64,000 bases of DNA from the NCBI GenBank assembly GCA_963677735.1, contig OY782505.1, positions 3,192,770 through 3,256,769 of the forward strand, given 5' to 3'. The stretch is from Sphaerochaetaceae bacterium. Lineage in GTDB: Bacteria; Spirochaetota; Spirochaetia; Sphaerochaetales; Sphaerochaetaceae. Below, piece after piece: positions 27,994 through 37,486 of this stretch. The notes under the pieces were generated by a model, which was given only the letters and a program-made list of their open reading frames with translations, made no database searches and had not been told where the DNA came from. Numbering within the stretch: the stretch's first letter is position 1; the number at the start of each line of letters is the position of its first letter. A program made the translations under genes and the position numbers.

Positions 27994-29541
27994 ATGGGTA
28001 AATATGCTATTGAATTAAATAATATTACCATGGTATATCCCGGAGCCAACTTCAAGGCTAATGATAATGTTTCATTAGCCATTGAAGAAGGCACTGTTTT
28101 ATGTTTGATTGGGGAAAATGGTGCAGGCAAATCTACTTTAATGAATATTCTTTATGGATTATTTGAACCAACTGAAGGGAAAATAATAATCAAAGGAGAA
28201 CATAAAGTTTTTCATTCAAGTTTAGATGCATTAAAATCAAATATTGGTATGGTCCATCAGCATTTTATGCTTGTTGAGGAATTATCTGTTCTTGAAAATA
28301 TAATTATTGGCTTTGAACCTAAGAAACGATTGTTTGTTAATAATTCTAAAGCTAGAGATGTTATTACTAAAATCATGAAAGATAATGGGATGGAAATTCC
28401 CTTAGATGAGAAAGTCTCAAATCTTCCTGTGGGGATTCAACAGAAAGTTGAAATAATTAAGATTTTATATAGAGGCGCAGATATCCTTATATTTGATGAG
28501 CCTACTGCAGTTTTGACACCTCAGGAAACTGAAGAATTATTTATTAATGTTAGACGGTTAATTAAATCCGGAAAAACTGTTCTCTTTATTACTCATAAAT
28601 TAAACGAAGTTATGGAAATCGCAGATAATATTGCTATTATGAGGCGTGGTAAGAATGTTGGTTTTGTAAAAAAAGAAGAAACAAATGCAACTCAACTCGC
28701 TGAATTGATGATTGGTTCAAAGATTCCAAAATTAAGAGATAGAAAAAATTTAAATTTGCCTGTAATTGCCAGAATTAAAGGTTTAACTGTGAATTCTAAA
28801 ATTCAAAAACCGCTTTTAAATAAGGTTGATTTAAATATTAGAAAAGGGGAAATTGTTGGTATTGCTGGTATATCGGGGAATGGTCAAATATCCCTAGCTG
28901 AAGCGATTACCGGAATAAAAAGACCTGATTCTGGATTATTTGAATTAAATGGTAAAGATTTTACTAATTTAACTCGCAAGGAAAAAATTCAAAATGGACT
29001 ATGTTATATCCCTTTTGATCGAAAGAAAGAAGGCCTAAATATGCAATGGTCTCTCGATCAGAATTCCATAGCAGGTTTTCATGATTTAGAAGAATTTTTA
29101 AAAAGCTATGGACCTTTAAAACTTTTAAATAAAAATAGTATTAAGCAAAACGCAGAGAAAATGATTGAGAAATTTGATATAAGAACACAAAGTTACAATA
29201 CTAAAATTTCTTCATTATCTGGAGGAAATCAACAAAAAGTTGTAATTGGTAGAGAAACTTTAGTTAGAAAACCTCAACTCTTAATTGCTGCAGAACCTAC
29301 TCGTGGAGTTGATATTGGTGCGATCAGTTTTATTCATGATTACATTTTACAATTAAGAAATGAAGGTACTGGTATCTTATTATTCTCCTCAGATTTGGAT
29401 GAGATTTTCACACTTTCAGATACTATTTTAGTTATGTATGAAGGTGAATTGGTTTGTAAGTTTAAATCAAATGAAATAACAAAAGATGAGCTAGGTTTGT
29501 TTATGGCTGGTGCAAAAAGAAATGAGGTTATTTATGAATAA
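27994..29541 (+). CDS. ABC transporter ATP-binding protein (duplicated ATPase, CUT2-type)
   Basis: Walker A GENGAGKST in the first domain, degenerate GISGNGQ in the second. Signature LSGGNQQKV. Confidence 0.9.
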   Translation: MGKYAIELNNITMVYPGANFKANDNVSLAIEEGTVLCLIGENGAGKSTLMNILYGLFEPTEGKIIIKGEHKVFHSSLDALKSNIGMVHQHFMLVEELSVLENIIIGFEPKKRLFVNNSKARDVITKIMKDNGMEIPLDEKVSNLPVGIQQKVEIIKILYRGADILIFDEPTAVLTPQETEELFINVRRLIKSGKTVLFITHKLNEVMEIADNIAIMRRGKNVGFVKKEETNATQLAELMIGSKIPKLRDRKNLNLPVIARIKGLTVNSKIQKPLLNKVDLNIRKGEIVGIAGISGNGQISLAEAITGIKRPDSGLFELNGKDFTNLTRKEKIQNGLCYIPFDRKKEGLNMQWSLDQNSIAGFHDLEEFLKSYGPLKLLNKNSIKQNAEKMIEKFDIRTQSYNTKISSLSGGNQQKVVIGRETLVRKPQLLIAAEPTRGVDIGAISFIHDYILQLRNEGTGILLFSSDLDEIFTLSDTILVMYEGELVCKFKSNEITKDELGLFMAGAKRNEVIYE

Positions 29542-30598
29542 AATAATTTTAGATACTTTAAAAAAATTATCTAATCCTATTATTGCTATTATTATATCTC
29601 TTATACTGGGTGTATTTTTAATAATTCCTACAGGAGAGAGTCCTCTAGAAGTTTATAAAATGTTGCTTATAGGATCTCTTGGAAGTACAACAAGTCTTTT
29701 TGGTACTTTTGCAGCTGCAACACCTTTATTGTTTACAGGACTTGCTGCGGCTATGTCCTTTAGGGCAGGTGTGTTTAATATAGGGTTAGAAGGACAATTG
29801 TATATGGGTGCAATGGCATCTGCCTTGTGTGGTATCTATTTTAATTTTTTACCATCCTTTCTTCTGGTCCCTCTATGTTTAATTGCAGCTTTAATTGCTG
29901 GGGCTATTTGGGGTTATATTCCAGCGATTTTAAATGTCAAATTAGATGTAAATATATTTCTAAACTGTATTATGATGAATTCAATCGCACAGTTATTTTG
30001 TAATTATTTATCAGCTTACCCTTTTAAGGGGGAACTTCCTATTTCTGCTACATATAAAGTTAGTGAGAATGCTTTTTTGCCTAAATTAGCAGGAAATATG
30101 AATGACTTGAACTTTGGTTTTATTATAGCAATAATATTGGCCTTTATAATTTATGTAGTTCTCTTTAAAACCCGATTTGGTTATGAGAGTAGGGCTGCTG
30201 GAATTAATAGAATCTTTTCAAGATATATAGGTGTTAATGCAGCTAGAAAAACAATAATTATAGTAATGATTAGTGGGGCCATAGCAGGTCTTGCAGGTGC
30301 TGAAAGGATTCTTGGTGTTAATCATCGATATATTGCAGATTTTTCAAATGGTGTGGGATATACAGGTATCGCAGTATCTTTACTTGCTATGCACAATCCA
30401 ATTGGTTGCATAATCACTTCAATCTTTTTTGGTGCATTAGAAAATGGTGCAATTCAAATGGAAGTAATGACAAATATATCACGTGATTTAGTTTCCTCGA
30501 TTGAAGCTATAATGATTATTTTCATGGCGGGAGCTTATAGTTTTCCAAGATTGAAGAAATTTTTGAACAATAGAAAGAAGGAGAGTATAAATGCTTGA
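29534..30598 (+). CDS. ABC transporter permease (BPD_transp_2 type)
   Basis: ATG 29534 (MNKIILDT...) follows a GAGG RBS and overlaps the ATPase stop. Multi-TM, with RFGYESRAAGIN typical of the CUT2/BMP-system permease. Confidence 0.85.
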   Translation: MNKIILDTLKKLSNPIIAIIISLILGVFLIIPTGESPLEVYKMLLIGSLGSTTSLFGTFAAATPLLFTGLAAAMSFRAGVFNIGLEGQLYMGAMASALCGIYFNFLPSFLLVPLCLIAALIAGAIWGYIPAILNVKLDVNIFLNCIMMNSIAQLFCNYLSAYPFKGELPISATYKVSENAFLPKLAGNMNDLNFGFIIAIILAFIIYVVLFKTRFGYESRAAGINRIFSRYIGVNAARKTIIIVMISGAIAGLAGAERILGVNHRYIADFSNGVGYTGIAVSLLAMHNPIGCIITSIFFGALENGAIQMEVMTNISRDLVSSIEAIMIIFMAGAYSFPRLKKFLNNRKKESINA

Positions 30599-31493
30599 TA
30601 GCTTGACTATAATTATTGAAGTTACAATAAGGGCTTTTCCTGCAATCTTGATGGGTGGGCTTGCTGGATTAATTACTCAAAGAATTAAGGTTGGAAACCT
30701 TGGACTTGAAGGTTTTATGTTGATAGGTGCATTTGTATCAGTGCTAGGTAGTTATTATTCTGGATCTTGTTGGTTTGGTATATTTCTAGCGTGTTTAGTT
30801 AATTCTCTTTTATGTGTTTTCTTTATATTTTTCAATCAAGAATTTAAAGCTGATAATGTTGTTATGTCTGTAGCAATTAATATGTTTGCCTTAGGGATTA
30901 CTAAATATTTGTTATCCGTCTTATTTGGGGTTAAAGGGGCTTTTTCTTCTCCTAAAATTATTGGTGTTCCAAAAATAAATCTACCATTTTTAGAAGATAT
31001 TCCTATACTAGCTGCTTTTGCACATCAGTCAGTTTTAGTTTATATTTCTCTACTTTCTTTAGTTTTTATTCAGTTGTTATTATTTAAAACTAGTTTAGGA
31101 TTGAGAATTCGAGCCACAGGACCAAATGAAATGGCTGTAATAACAGCTGGAGTTAGTACTCAAAAAGTTAAAATTATTACCTATATAATAAGCGGGATAT
31201 TGTGTGGTTTAGCCGGAGCTTATTTATCTCTAGGTCAACTTACAATGTTTACCGATAACATGACAAATGGTAGAGGTTTTATTTCTATGGCAGCAGCGAA
31301 CTTTGGTTTTGGTTTGCCTATGGGAACATTTTATGGAGCTCTGTTATTTGGATTTGCTGACGGAATTACAATGAGAGCTCAATTACAAGGATTTCCTCCT
31401 CAGTTGGTTTCTATAATCCCATATTTGATTACTATATTGACTCTCTGTGGAATTGGAGCCTATAGAAAATATCATTTGAAGGATATAGAATAA
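30591..31493 (+). CDS. ABC transporter permease (BPD_transp_2 type)
   Basis: Overlaps the upstream permease by 8 nt. LGLRIRATGPNEMA motif. Confidence 0.85.
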   Translation: MLDSLTIIIEVTIRAFPAILMGGLAGLITQRIKVGNLGLEGFMLIGAFVSVLGSYYSGSCWFGIFLACLVNSLLCVFFIFFNQEFKADNVVMSVAINMFALGITKYLLSVLFGVKGAFSSPKIIGVPKINLPFLEDIPILAAFAHQSVLVYISLLSLVFIQLLLFKTSLGLRIRATGPNEMAVITAGVSTQKVKIITYIISGILCGLAGAYLSLGQLTMFTDNMTNGRGFISMAAANFGFGLPMGTFYGALLFGFADGITMRAQLQGFPPQLVSIIPYLITILTLCGIGAYRKYHLKDIE

Positions 31494-31495
31494 TT

Positions 31496-33070
31496 ATGAA
31501 TATAAAGAAACAAAATATATTGTTAATCACAACTGATCAACAAAGATATGATACGATTGCTGATAAAAATCATAGTTTTATTCAAACTCCAAATTTAGAT
31601 AAGTTGATTGATGATGGAAAGTTATTTAATAATTGCTATTGTGCAATTCCAGCTTGTATTCCTTCAAGACATAGTATCTTAACAGGGCAATACAGTGCTG
31701 TACATAATATGGATCACAATTATTTCAATAATGAAGAATTTGTACCATTTGGTGTTCCATCCTTCCCTGAATTTTTATCTCAAGCGGGGTATGATACCCA
31801 AGGGATTGGGAAAATGCATTTTGTTCCAACTCGAAAATCTAATGGTTTTAATCATTTAAAATTGATGGAAGAAATACCGGATTACATTGAAGATGATGAA
31901 TATACTATGCATCTAAAAGATCAAGGGTATGGAAGATTTCAATCTGTACATGGGGTTAGACATCATTTATATATGCAACCGCAACAATCAATGCTACCTG
32001 AAAGCCTTCATGGTTCAGCTTGGGTAACTGATCAAACAATTGATGCAATGGATAGATTAGATGGCTCTAGACCTTTTATGTATTGGACTTCTTTTATATC
32101 TCCGCATCCACCCTTTGATGTGCCATCTAAATGGGCTCATATGTATGATGATATTCAATTGCCTGAATTAATTGAATCTAAAACACCTATTTCAAGTATC
32201 GCTATCGAAAATAGTAAAATTGGGGAGTATTCTAATAAGCAAAGGCAAGATAGAAGTAGAAGACTTTATTATTGCTCTATTTCGTATGTAGATTATCAAA
32301 TTGGAAGAATCCTTGATAAATTAAAACAAAGTGGAATTTATGATGATACTCTAATTGTTTTTACTTCTGATCATGGGGAGATGTTAGGTGATTGTGGAAC
32401 CTTTCAAAAATTTTTACCATACGATTTTTCATCTAAAGTACCTCTAATAGTAAAACCTCCAAAAGGTAGAACCTTGACGGTAAAAAGTGATGAAATAATA
32501 AATCATATTGATTTATTTCCTACCTTTATGGATATTGCAAATATCAATAATCCATTATTTGATGATTTGCCTGGGGAAAGTCTCTTCAAAAGAAATAGAG
32601 AAATTGAGAGAACTTATACCTTTGTTGAATATCATAGGGATAATAAAAGGTGGATATCTTTGGTTTCAAATACTTATAAATATAATTATTATTATGGTGG
32701 AGGAAAAGAAGAATTATTTGATTTAAAAAATGATCCTTTTGAAACTGTTAATTTATTACAAAAATCAAATATTAGTTCAAGTATATTAGAAATTCAAAAA
32801 ATATATAGAAAAGAGTTAATAAAAAAAGAAAAACAATATGGTCCAATAGGCTATGTTGTAAATAATGATTTTATAGTTTTAGATAGCTATCAACCTAATG
32901 GTTTTGTAGAAAGAAATTTTCCTAAGTTCCCAACTCATTTAAAAGAAGAAGCGAAAAAAAATATGATAAGTTTGGAAGAAGAAATACAACTTGCTGTTAA
33001 AAATGAACCATTAATGGAAGATTTTAAAATAGAAAAATTGAATATAGTTAGAAAAGTATATACTGAGTAA
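31496..33070 (+). CDS. Cys-type sulfatase, no signal peptide (predicted cytoplasmic)
   Basis: Starts 3 nt after the permease stop. N-terminus NILLITTDQQR. Formylglycine signature C-x-P-x-R in PACIPSRHSILTGQ. FTSDHGEMLGD metal-site block. Confidence 0.85.
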   Translation: MNIKKQNILLITTDQQRYDTIADKNHSFIQTPNLDKLIDDGKLFNNCYCAIPACIPSRHSILTGQYSAVHNMDHNYFNNEEFVPFGVPSFPEFLSQAGYDTQGIGKMHFVPTRKSNGFNHLKLMEEIPDYIEDDEYTMHLKDQGYGRFQSVHGVRHHLYMQPQQSMLPESLHGSAWVTDQTIDAMDRLDGSRPFMYWTSFISPHPPFDVPSKWAHMYDDIQLPELIESKTPISSIAIENSKIGEYSNKQRQDRSRRLYYCSISYVDYQIGRILDKLKQSGIYDDTLIVFTSDHGEMLGDCGTFQKFLPYDFSSKVPLIVKPPKGRTLTVKSDEIINHIDLFPTFMDIANINNPLFDDLPGESLFKRNREIERTYTFVEYHRDNKRWISLVSNTYKYNYYYGGGKEELFDLKNDPFETVNLLQKSNISSSILEIQKIYRKELIKKEKQYGPIGYVVNNDFIVLDSYQPNGFVERNFPKFPTHLKEEAKKNMISLEEEIQLAVKNEPLMEDFKIEKLNIVRKVYTE

Positions 33071-33118
33071 ATCCCTATATAAATTAAATTGTAGCATATT
33101 AATTTGCTTTAAATTTAA

Positions 33119-33153
33119 TGAGAGTGTTAATATTTTTTATATCAACACTCTCA
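33119..33153. terminator. Hairpin between the convergent sulfatase and LacI genes
   Basis: TGAGAGTGTT-15 nt-AACACTCTCA, a 10-bp perfect stem with AT-rich flanks. Confidence 0.5.
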
Positions 33154-33216
33154 ATTTGAATAATTAATTTATAAAAGCCATAATTTTAAATATATATCCT
33201 TTTAATATTAAAATAG

Positions 33217-34281
33217 TTAATTGTTTAAACTTTCTAGATCAGGGACATTGTTTTTAAGGTAGAGTGAAGGTAATATGTTATATCTTTCCTTCACTTCCTT
33301 TTTCATAATAAAATGTTCAAAAACAACTGATATTATTTTATAACCATGAATTTCAGGTTTTTGACTAATTATTGCATTAAAATAACCTTTATGCATGGCT
33401 TCTAATGATATTGAAAAAATATCACTTCCAACAAGTATAATATCTCTATCTTTTATAGAAGCTCCAATATAATTATATACTCCCGCAGTTGTTCTAGCAT
33501 TATTTGAATAGATCCCTTTAATATCATCAAAAGTTGTAAGTAAATCTTTTATAGTTCCATAAAGTTTCTCAGGATATTTAATTGACTCATATATTTCTAT
33601 AACCTGTAATTTAGGATTTGTAATAGACATTTGTGAAAAGAATCCGTTAACAATTTGGCTATGGTTAAATGAGTCTCTCCTAGTTCCCATTAAAATAACT
33701 CTACCACTTTCTTTAATCATACTACCAAGATATTCTGCAGCAAGGCGTCCAATTGTATTAGGATCTGTCATTACAATACTTTTTCTTTCACTAGATGGGG
33801 CATCAGATTCTAGGAGAAAAATTTCAATACCTTGTTCATGAAATCTATCAAGAATATCCAAGAATTTAGTCTCATCCCATATATTTGTAATAAGGCCTTT
33901 TATATTAATAGAGTGGTCATTTAGAATTTCTTCCATTTTAAATTTTTGGTCTTCTATTGAACCATTATATGTATATTCAATTATAGAAAGATTTGCTAAA
34001 GATAATTCATTAGTTCTTTTTCTAATTCCTTTCCATAAAAATTGGTAGTAGTATTTATCTGTATTAACCGGCTCAGGTAGAAGAACAGCAATATTACAAT
34101 TACATTCATTATTAATTTTCTTTTTATTCATGTAATTCATAGATTCAGCAATTTTAATTATTTGAGCTTTTTTATTTTCTCCAACACCTTTTTTATTGTT
34201 TATTGCTTTGTAGACTGTTCCTACAGAGACTTTTGCAACATTTGCAATTTCTTGTAGCGTGACTTTTTCATTGTCCTGCAT
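33217..34281 (-). CDS. LacI family transcriptional regulator
   Basis: N-terminal HTH VTLQEIANVAKVSVGTVYKAINNKKGV, plus a periplasmic-binding-protein-like effector domain. Confidence 0.85.
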   Translation of the reverse strand: MQDNEKVTLQEIANVAKVSVGTVYKAINNKKGVGENKKAQIIKIAESMNYMNKKKINNECNCNIAVLLPEPVNTDKYYYQFLWKGIRKRTNELSLANLSIIEYTYNGSIEDQKFKMEEILNDHSINIKGLITNIWDETKFLDILDRFHEQGIEIFLLESDAPSSERKSIVMTDPNTIGRLAAEYLGSMIKESGRVILMGTRRDSFNHSQIVNGFFSQMSITNPKLQVIEIYESIKYPEKLYGTIKDLLTTFDDIKGIYSNNARTTAGVYNYIGASIKDRDIILVGSDIFSISLEAMHKGYFNAIISQKPEIHGYKIISVVFEHFIMKKEVKERYNILPSLYLKNNVPDLESLNN

Positions 34282-34294
34282 TTTTTTCTCACCC

Positions 34295-34326
34295 TTTGTT
34301 AGTATATAAAATTTGTTAGTATATAA
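34295..34326. repeat. Tandem direct repeat, 2 x TTTGTTAGTATATAA with 17-bp period
   Basis: Identical copies at 34295-34309 and 34312-34326, 14 nt upstream of the LacI start. Confidence 0.6.
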
Positions 34327-34374
34327 GTATTATTACATAGGAATAACGAAAAAACAAGAAAAAAAGAAAAAAAT

Positions 34375-34434
34375 TAAGAAATTTTTCTTATTTTTCCTAC
34401 AAAATTAACAAAAAAATTGAAAAATTTTTCTTGA
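34375..34434. promoter_or_regulatory. Two related A/T palindromes in the tct promoter region (candidate operators)
   Basis: TAAGAAATTTTTCTTA (34375-34390, 7/8 arms). TTGAAAAATTTTTCTTGA with a perfect core GAAAAATTTTTC (34419-34430) overlaps a TTGACT -35-like hexamer. Confidence 0.35.
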
Positions 34435-34487
34435 CTTACCAATATTCGTCGGTTACTCTGTTACAGATTTAAAAAAAGGAACGAATA

Positions 34488-34934
34488 ATGGAAAAAAAGA
34501 AAAAAATTCTCGATAAAGAATTTATCGTAGGTGCGTTAGCAATCGCCTTTAGTTTGGGGTTTGTATTACTTGATAAAAAAAGTCTTGGACTTTATCCAAT
34601 AACAGTCTTCTCCCTTTTTACTGTTTTAGGATTGATTAGCATTTTAACAAGTTTAAAACGTCAAGAATCCAATGCAATTGCAAAAACTAATTTGAAAGAA
34701 ATAATTTTATTATTATTACTATTCATTAATCCCTTAGTAGCTAAGACAATCGGTTTTTATATTTCTGGTTTTGTAGAAATTTTTTTAATTTCAGTATTAA
34801 TTCTTCCAGAAAAAAATAAGAAATCGATATTTAAAGCAGCAGTATTCTGTTTAATTGCTGTAGTAATTGCTTATTTAATTTTCACAGTTTCTTTACGTAT
34901 AAGGTGTCCAAAAGGTATTTTTAACCTATTTTAA
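34488..34934 (+). CDS. tctB: Tripartite tricarboxylate transporter TctB-like small membrane protein
   Basis: 148 aa, 4 TMs, immediately upstream of tctC/tctA. Assigned by position and topology. Confidence 0.65.
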   Translation: MEKKKKILDKEFIVGALAIAFSLGFVLLDKKSLGLYPITVFSLFTVLGLISILTSLKRQESNAIAKTNLKEIILLLLLFINPLVAKTIGFYISGFVEIFLISVLILPEKNKKSIFKAAVFCLIAVVIAYLIFTVSLRIRCPKGIFNLF

Positions 34935-34959
34935 ATAATTTTCTAAAAGGAGTTTTTTT

Positions 34960-35919
34960 ATGAAAAAAATCTTATTAACCGTATCTGTTGCAATATTAGC
35001 AACAGCGTCAATTTTTGCATCAGGTCAAACAGAAGAAGAAAGTGCTACAGCTTTTCCAAGCAAAGAAATATCTTGTATTGTAATTGCAAAAGCAGGTGGT
35101 GGTACAGATACCATGGCAAGAGCTAACACTGTTCCTCTTGAAGAAACTTTAGGTAAACCTATTGTTGTACTTAATAATGGTACTGCTGGCGGTATGATTG
35201 CAATGGATGATATTAGTAAATCAGATGCTGATGGCTATACTATTGGAGTTTTCTCAAATACAGATGCACCAAACTTTGTTTATAGTGATACAGATCCTGG
35301 ATTCACTTTAGATGATTTCACATACATTGCAGGTCTTAACCAATCTGGAGATTTACTTGTATTGAAAAAAGATTCTCAATTTTCAAGTACAGATGAGTTT
35401 ATTGCTTATGCAAAAGCTAATCCTGGAAAACTAACTGTTGGGCTTCCTTCTCCAATTCAAGAAATGTCATTAAGCATGGTAGAAACTGGAATGGATATTG
35501 ATGTTACTTCTGTAGTTTATAGTGGTGGAAATAAAGTTTTTGCTGATCTAATTGGTGGTCATGTTGAAGCTGGTATTTTAGGAACAAAATTTGTTTCTCA
35601 ATTAAAAGAACAAGATATGAAAATTCTAGGTCTTCTTTTAAACGAAAGACTATCTTCAATTCCTGAAGTTCCTACCTTATTAGAACAAGGTTATCCTGCA
35701 AACAATCCTGTAAAAAGAATGCTAGTTGGACCTAAAGGTATGCCAGCTGAAATTGTTGCTAAATATGTTGCAGCATTAGAAGAAGGTTTTGCTGAAGGTG
35801 GAAAAATTGCAGAAAATATTATTAAAATTGGTGAAGTTCCAATGTTAGTAACCGGTGATGAGCTTGCAGCTTTCCTAGAAGAAGATTTTGCAATGCGTAA
35901 AGAATTTTTAAGTAAATAA
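34960..35919 (+). CDS. tctC: Tripartite tricarboxylate transporter substrate-binding protein (TctC/Bug family)
   Basis: Signal peptide, then FPSKEISCIVIAKAGGGTDTMAR and VVYSGGNKVFADLIGGHVEAG, typical Bug-family blocks. Confidence 0.85.
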   Translation: MKKILLTVSVAILATASIFASGQTEEESATAFPSKEISCIVIAKAGGGTDTMARANTVPLEETLGKPIVVLNNGTAGGMIAMDDISKSDADGYTIGVFSNTDAPNFVYSDTDPGFTLDDFTYIAGLNQSGDLLVLKKDSQFSSTDEFIAYAKANPGKLTVGLPSPIQEMSLSMVETGMDIDVTSVVYSGGNKVFADLIGGHVEAGILGTKFVSQLKEQDMKILGLLLNERLSSIPEVPTLLEQGYPANNPVKRMLVGPKGMPAEIVAKYVAALEEGFAEGGKIAENIIKIGEVPMLVTGDELAAFLEEDFAMRKEFLSK

Positions 35920-35940
35920 TTATTAGTTTAGGAGTGAATT

Positions 35941-37476
35941 GTGGAACTTTTTTCCGTCGTATTTAGTAACATTTTTTCCATAGATGTTCTTCTTATTTGT
36001 TTTATTGGAACTTTAGCTGGTATCGTATTAGGTGCGATACCAGGTATGAATGGTGGGATTGGGATAGCTGTAATGCTTCCTTTTACCTATTCAATGCAAC
36101 CTGCTCAAAGTTTATTGTTCTTAGGTGGTATGTATCTAGGATCTTCCTATGGTGGATCTATCTCAGGTATACTTATTAACTGCCCAGGAACAGCTGAGTC
36201 AGCCTGTACCACTTTTGAAGGGTACCAAATGACAAAAAGAGGCGAAGGAAAACATGCTTTATATTATTCAATATTCTCAAGTGGATTTGGTAGTATTGTA
36301 GGACTAATATGTCTTCTACTTTTTGCTCCTGTACTTGCTAAAGTTTCTGTAAAATTTGGCCCAGCTGAAATGATGCTTTTAGCTATCTGTGGACTAACTA
36401 TTGTAGGAAGTCTAACAGGTAAGAATGTGATAAATGGACTTATTGCAGCATTATTTGGATTATTTTTAGGAATGATTGGTGTTGAAGAAGCCACTGGTGC
36501 CATGAGATTTACTCTAGGATTGAGAACACTTAGAGGTGGAATAAATTTAATTCCTGCTGTAATTGGTTTGTTTGCTATTACAGAAATGGTAAAACAAGGA
36601 ATGGGTTTATTTAATACAGAAGAAGTTACAGAGATGAAATTAATTCCTGTTAAAGTCTCTAAAATTTTAAAAAACATTAAATCTAAATATTTAGGTATTT
36701 TAATCCGCTCATCCTTAGTTGGAACATTGATTGGTGTTCTTCCTGGAACAGGTGCTGCTATTGCTTCATTTATTGCTTATGGTGATGCAAAAAGTAGTGA
36801 TAAGGAGGGTACATTCGGAAAAGGTAATGCTGCCGGTATTATTGCACCTGAGAGTGCAAATAATGCAGCTGTTGGTGGTTCTCTTGTCCCAATGTTGTCC
36901 CTAGGTATTCCAGGATCTGCTACTTCAGCAATCATGTTTGGAGCCTTGACTATTCAAGGTATGGTTCCCGGTCAAAGCCTTTTCACTGAACATGCTGGTA
37001 CAGTTTATACGTTCTTAATTGGTATGTTTGTTGTTGCAATATTTATGGTTTTAATTGGAGTTTTTGGAATTCCAATGTTCTCAAAAATTGTAAAAATAAA
37101 AATGAAATTCATTATACCTGTAGTAATCCTTTTTTCACTCATTGGTGCTTATAGTGTTAACAATTCTATGGGAGATGTAACAATTGCTATAGTCCTAGGC
37201 CTTATTGGGGTTCTTTTTGCAAAAGTAGAAATTCCAAATACCCCTATAGTATTAGGTTTAATTTTAGGACAAATCGTTGAAAATAACCTTGTTAGAACAA
37301 TGACAATAGTTAATGCAGAATCAATCAATATTTTCAGTTATATATTTACTAGACCAATTTGTTGGGTAATTGTTTTTGTTACCGCATATCTAATCATTTC
37401 TAATATTAGGGTAATTAAGAAAAGTAAATTAATAAAAGAAGAATCAAATATTGAAATGGATTTAAATGAAGAATAA
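35941..37476 (+). CDS. tctA: Tripartite tricarboxylate transporter permease TctA
   Basis: GTG start after AGGAGTG. 511 aa, multi-TM. TctA blocks GAIPGMNGG and GVLPGTGAAIASFIAYG. Confidence 0.9.
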   Translation: MELFSVVFSNIFSIDVLLICFIGTLAGIVLGAIPGMNGGIGIAVMLPFTYSMQPAQSLLFLGGMYLGSSYGGSISGILINCPGTAESACTTFEGYQMTKRGEGKHALYYSIFSSGFGSIVGLICLLLFAPVLAKVSVKFGPAEMMLLAICGLTIVGSLTGKNVINGLIAALFGLFLGMIGVEEATGAMRFTLGLRTLRGGINLIPAVIGLFAITEMVKQGMGLFNTEEVTEMKLIPVKVSKILKNIKSKYLGILIRSSLVGTLIGVLPGTGAAIASFIAYGDAKSSDKEGTFGKGNAAGIIAPESANNAAVGGSLVPMLSLGIPGSATSAIMFGALTIQGMVPGQSLFTEHAGTVYTFLIGMFVVAIFMVLIGVFGIPMFSKIVKIKMKFIIPVVILFSLIGAYSVNNSMGDVTIAIVLGLIGVLFAKVEIPNTPIVLGLILGQIVENNLVRTMTIVNAESINIFSYIFTRPICWVIVFVTAYLIISNIRVIKKSKLIKEESNIEMDLNEE

Positions 37477-37486
37477 GGATTTAGAA

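Noticed and set aside
27412-28130. The other remaining antisense or overlapping track ORFs. These include 27412-27609, 27786-28130, 6838-7185, 7813-8079, 16618-16800, 21939-22211 and 22794-22976. Also 26273-26506, 32508-32726, 35997-36179, 36264-36677, 37338-37547 and 39214-39441. Also 49543-49725, 52730-52951, 52894-53091, 53199-53393 and 55290-55622. Also 56538-56762, 57356-57547, 59900-60130, 60481-60867 and 62154-62441.
   Set aside because: Each is nested in or antisense to a longer ORF with clear family motifs, and none shows motifs of its own.
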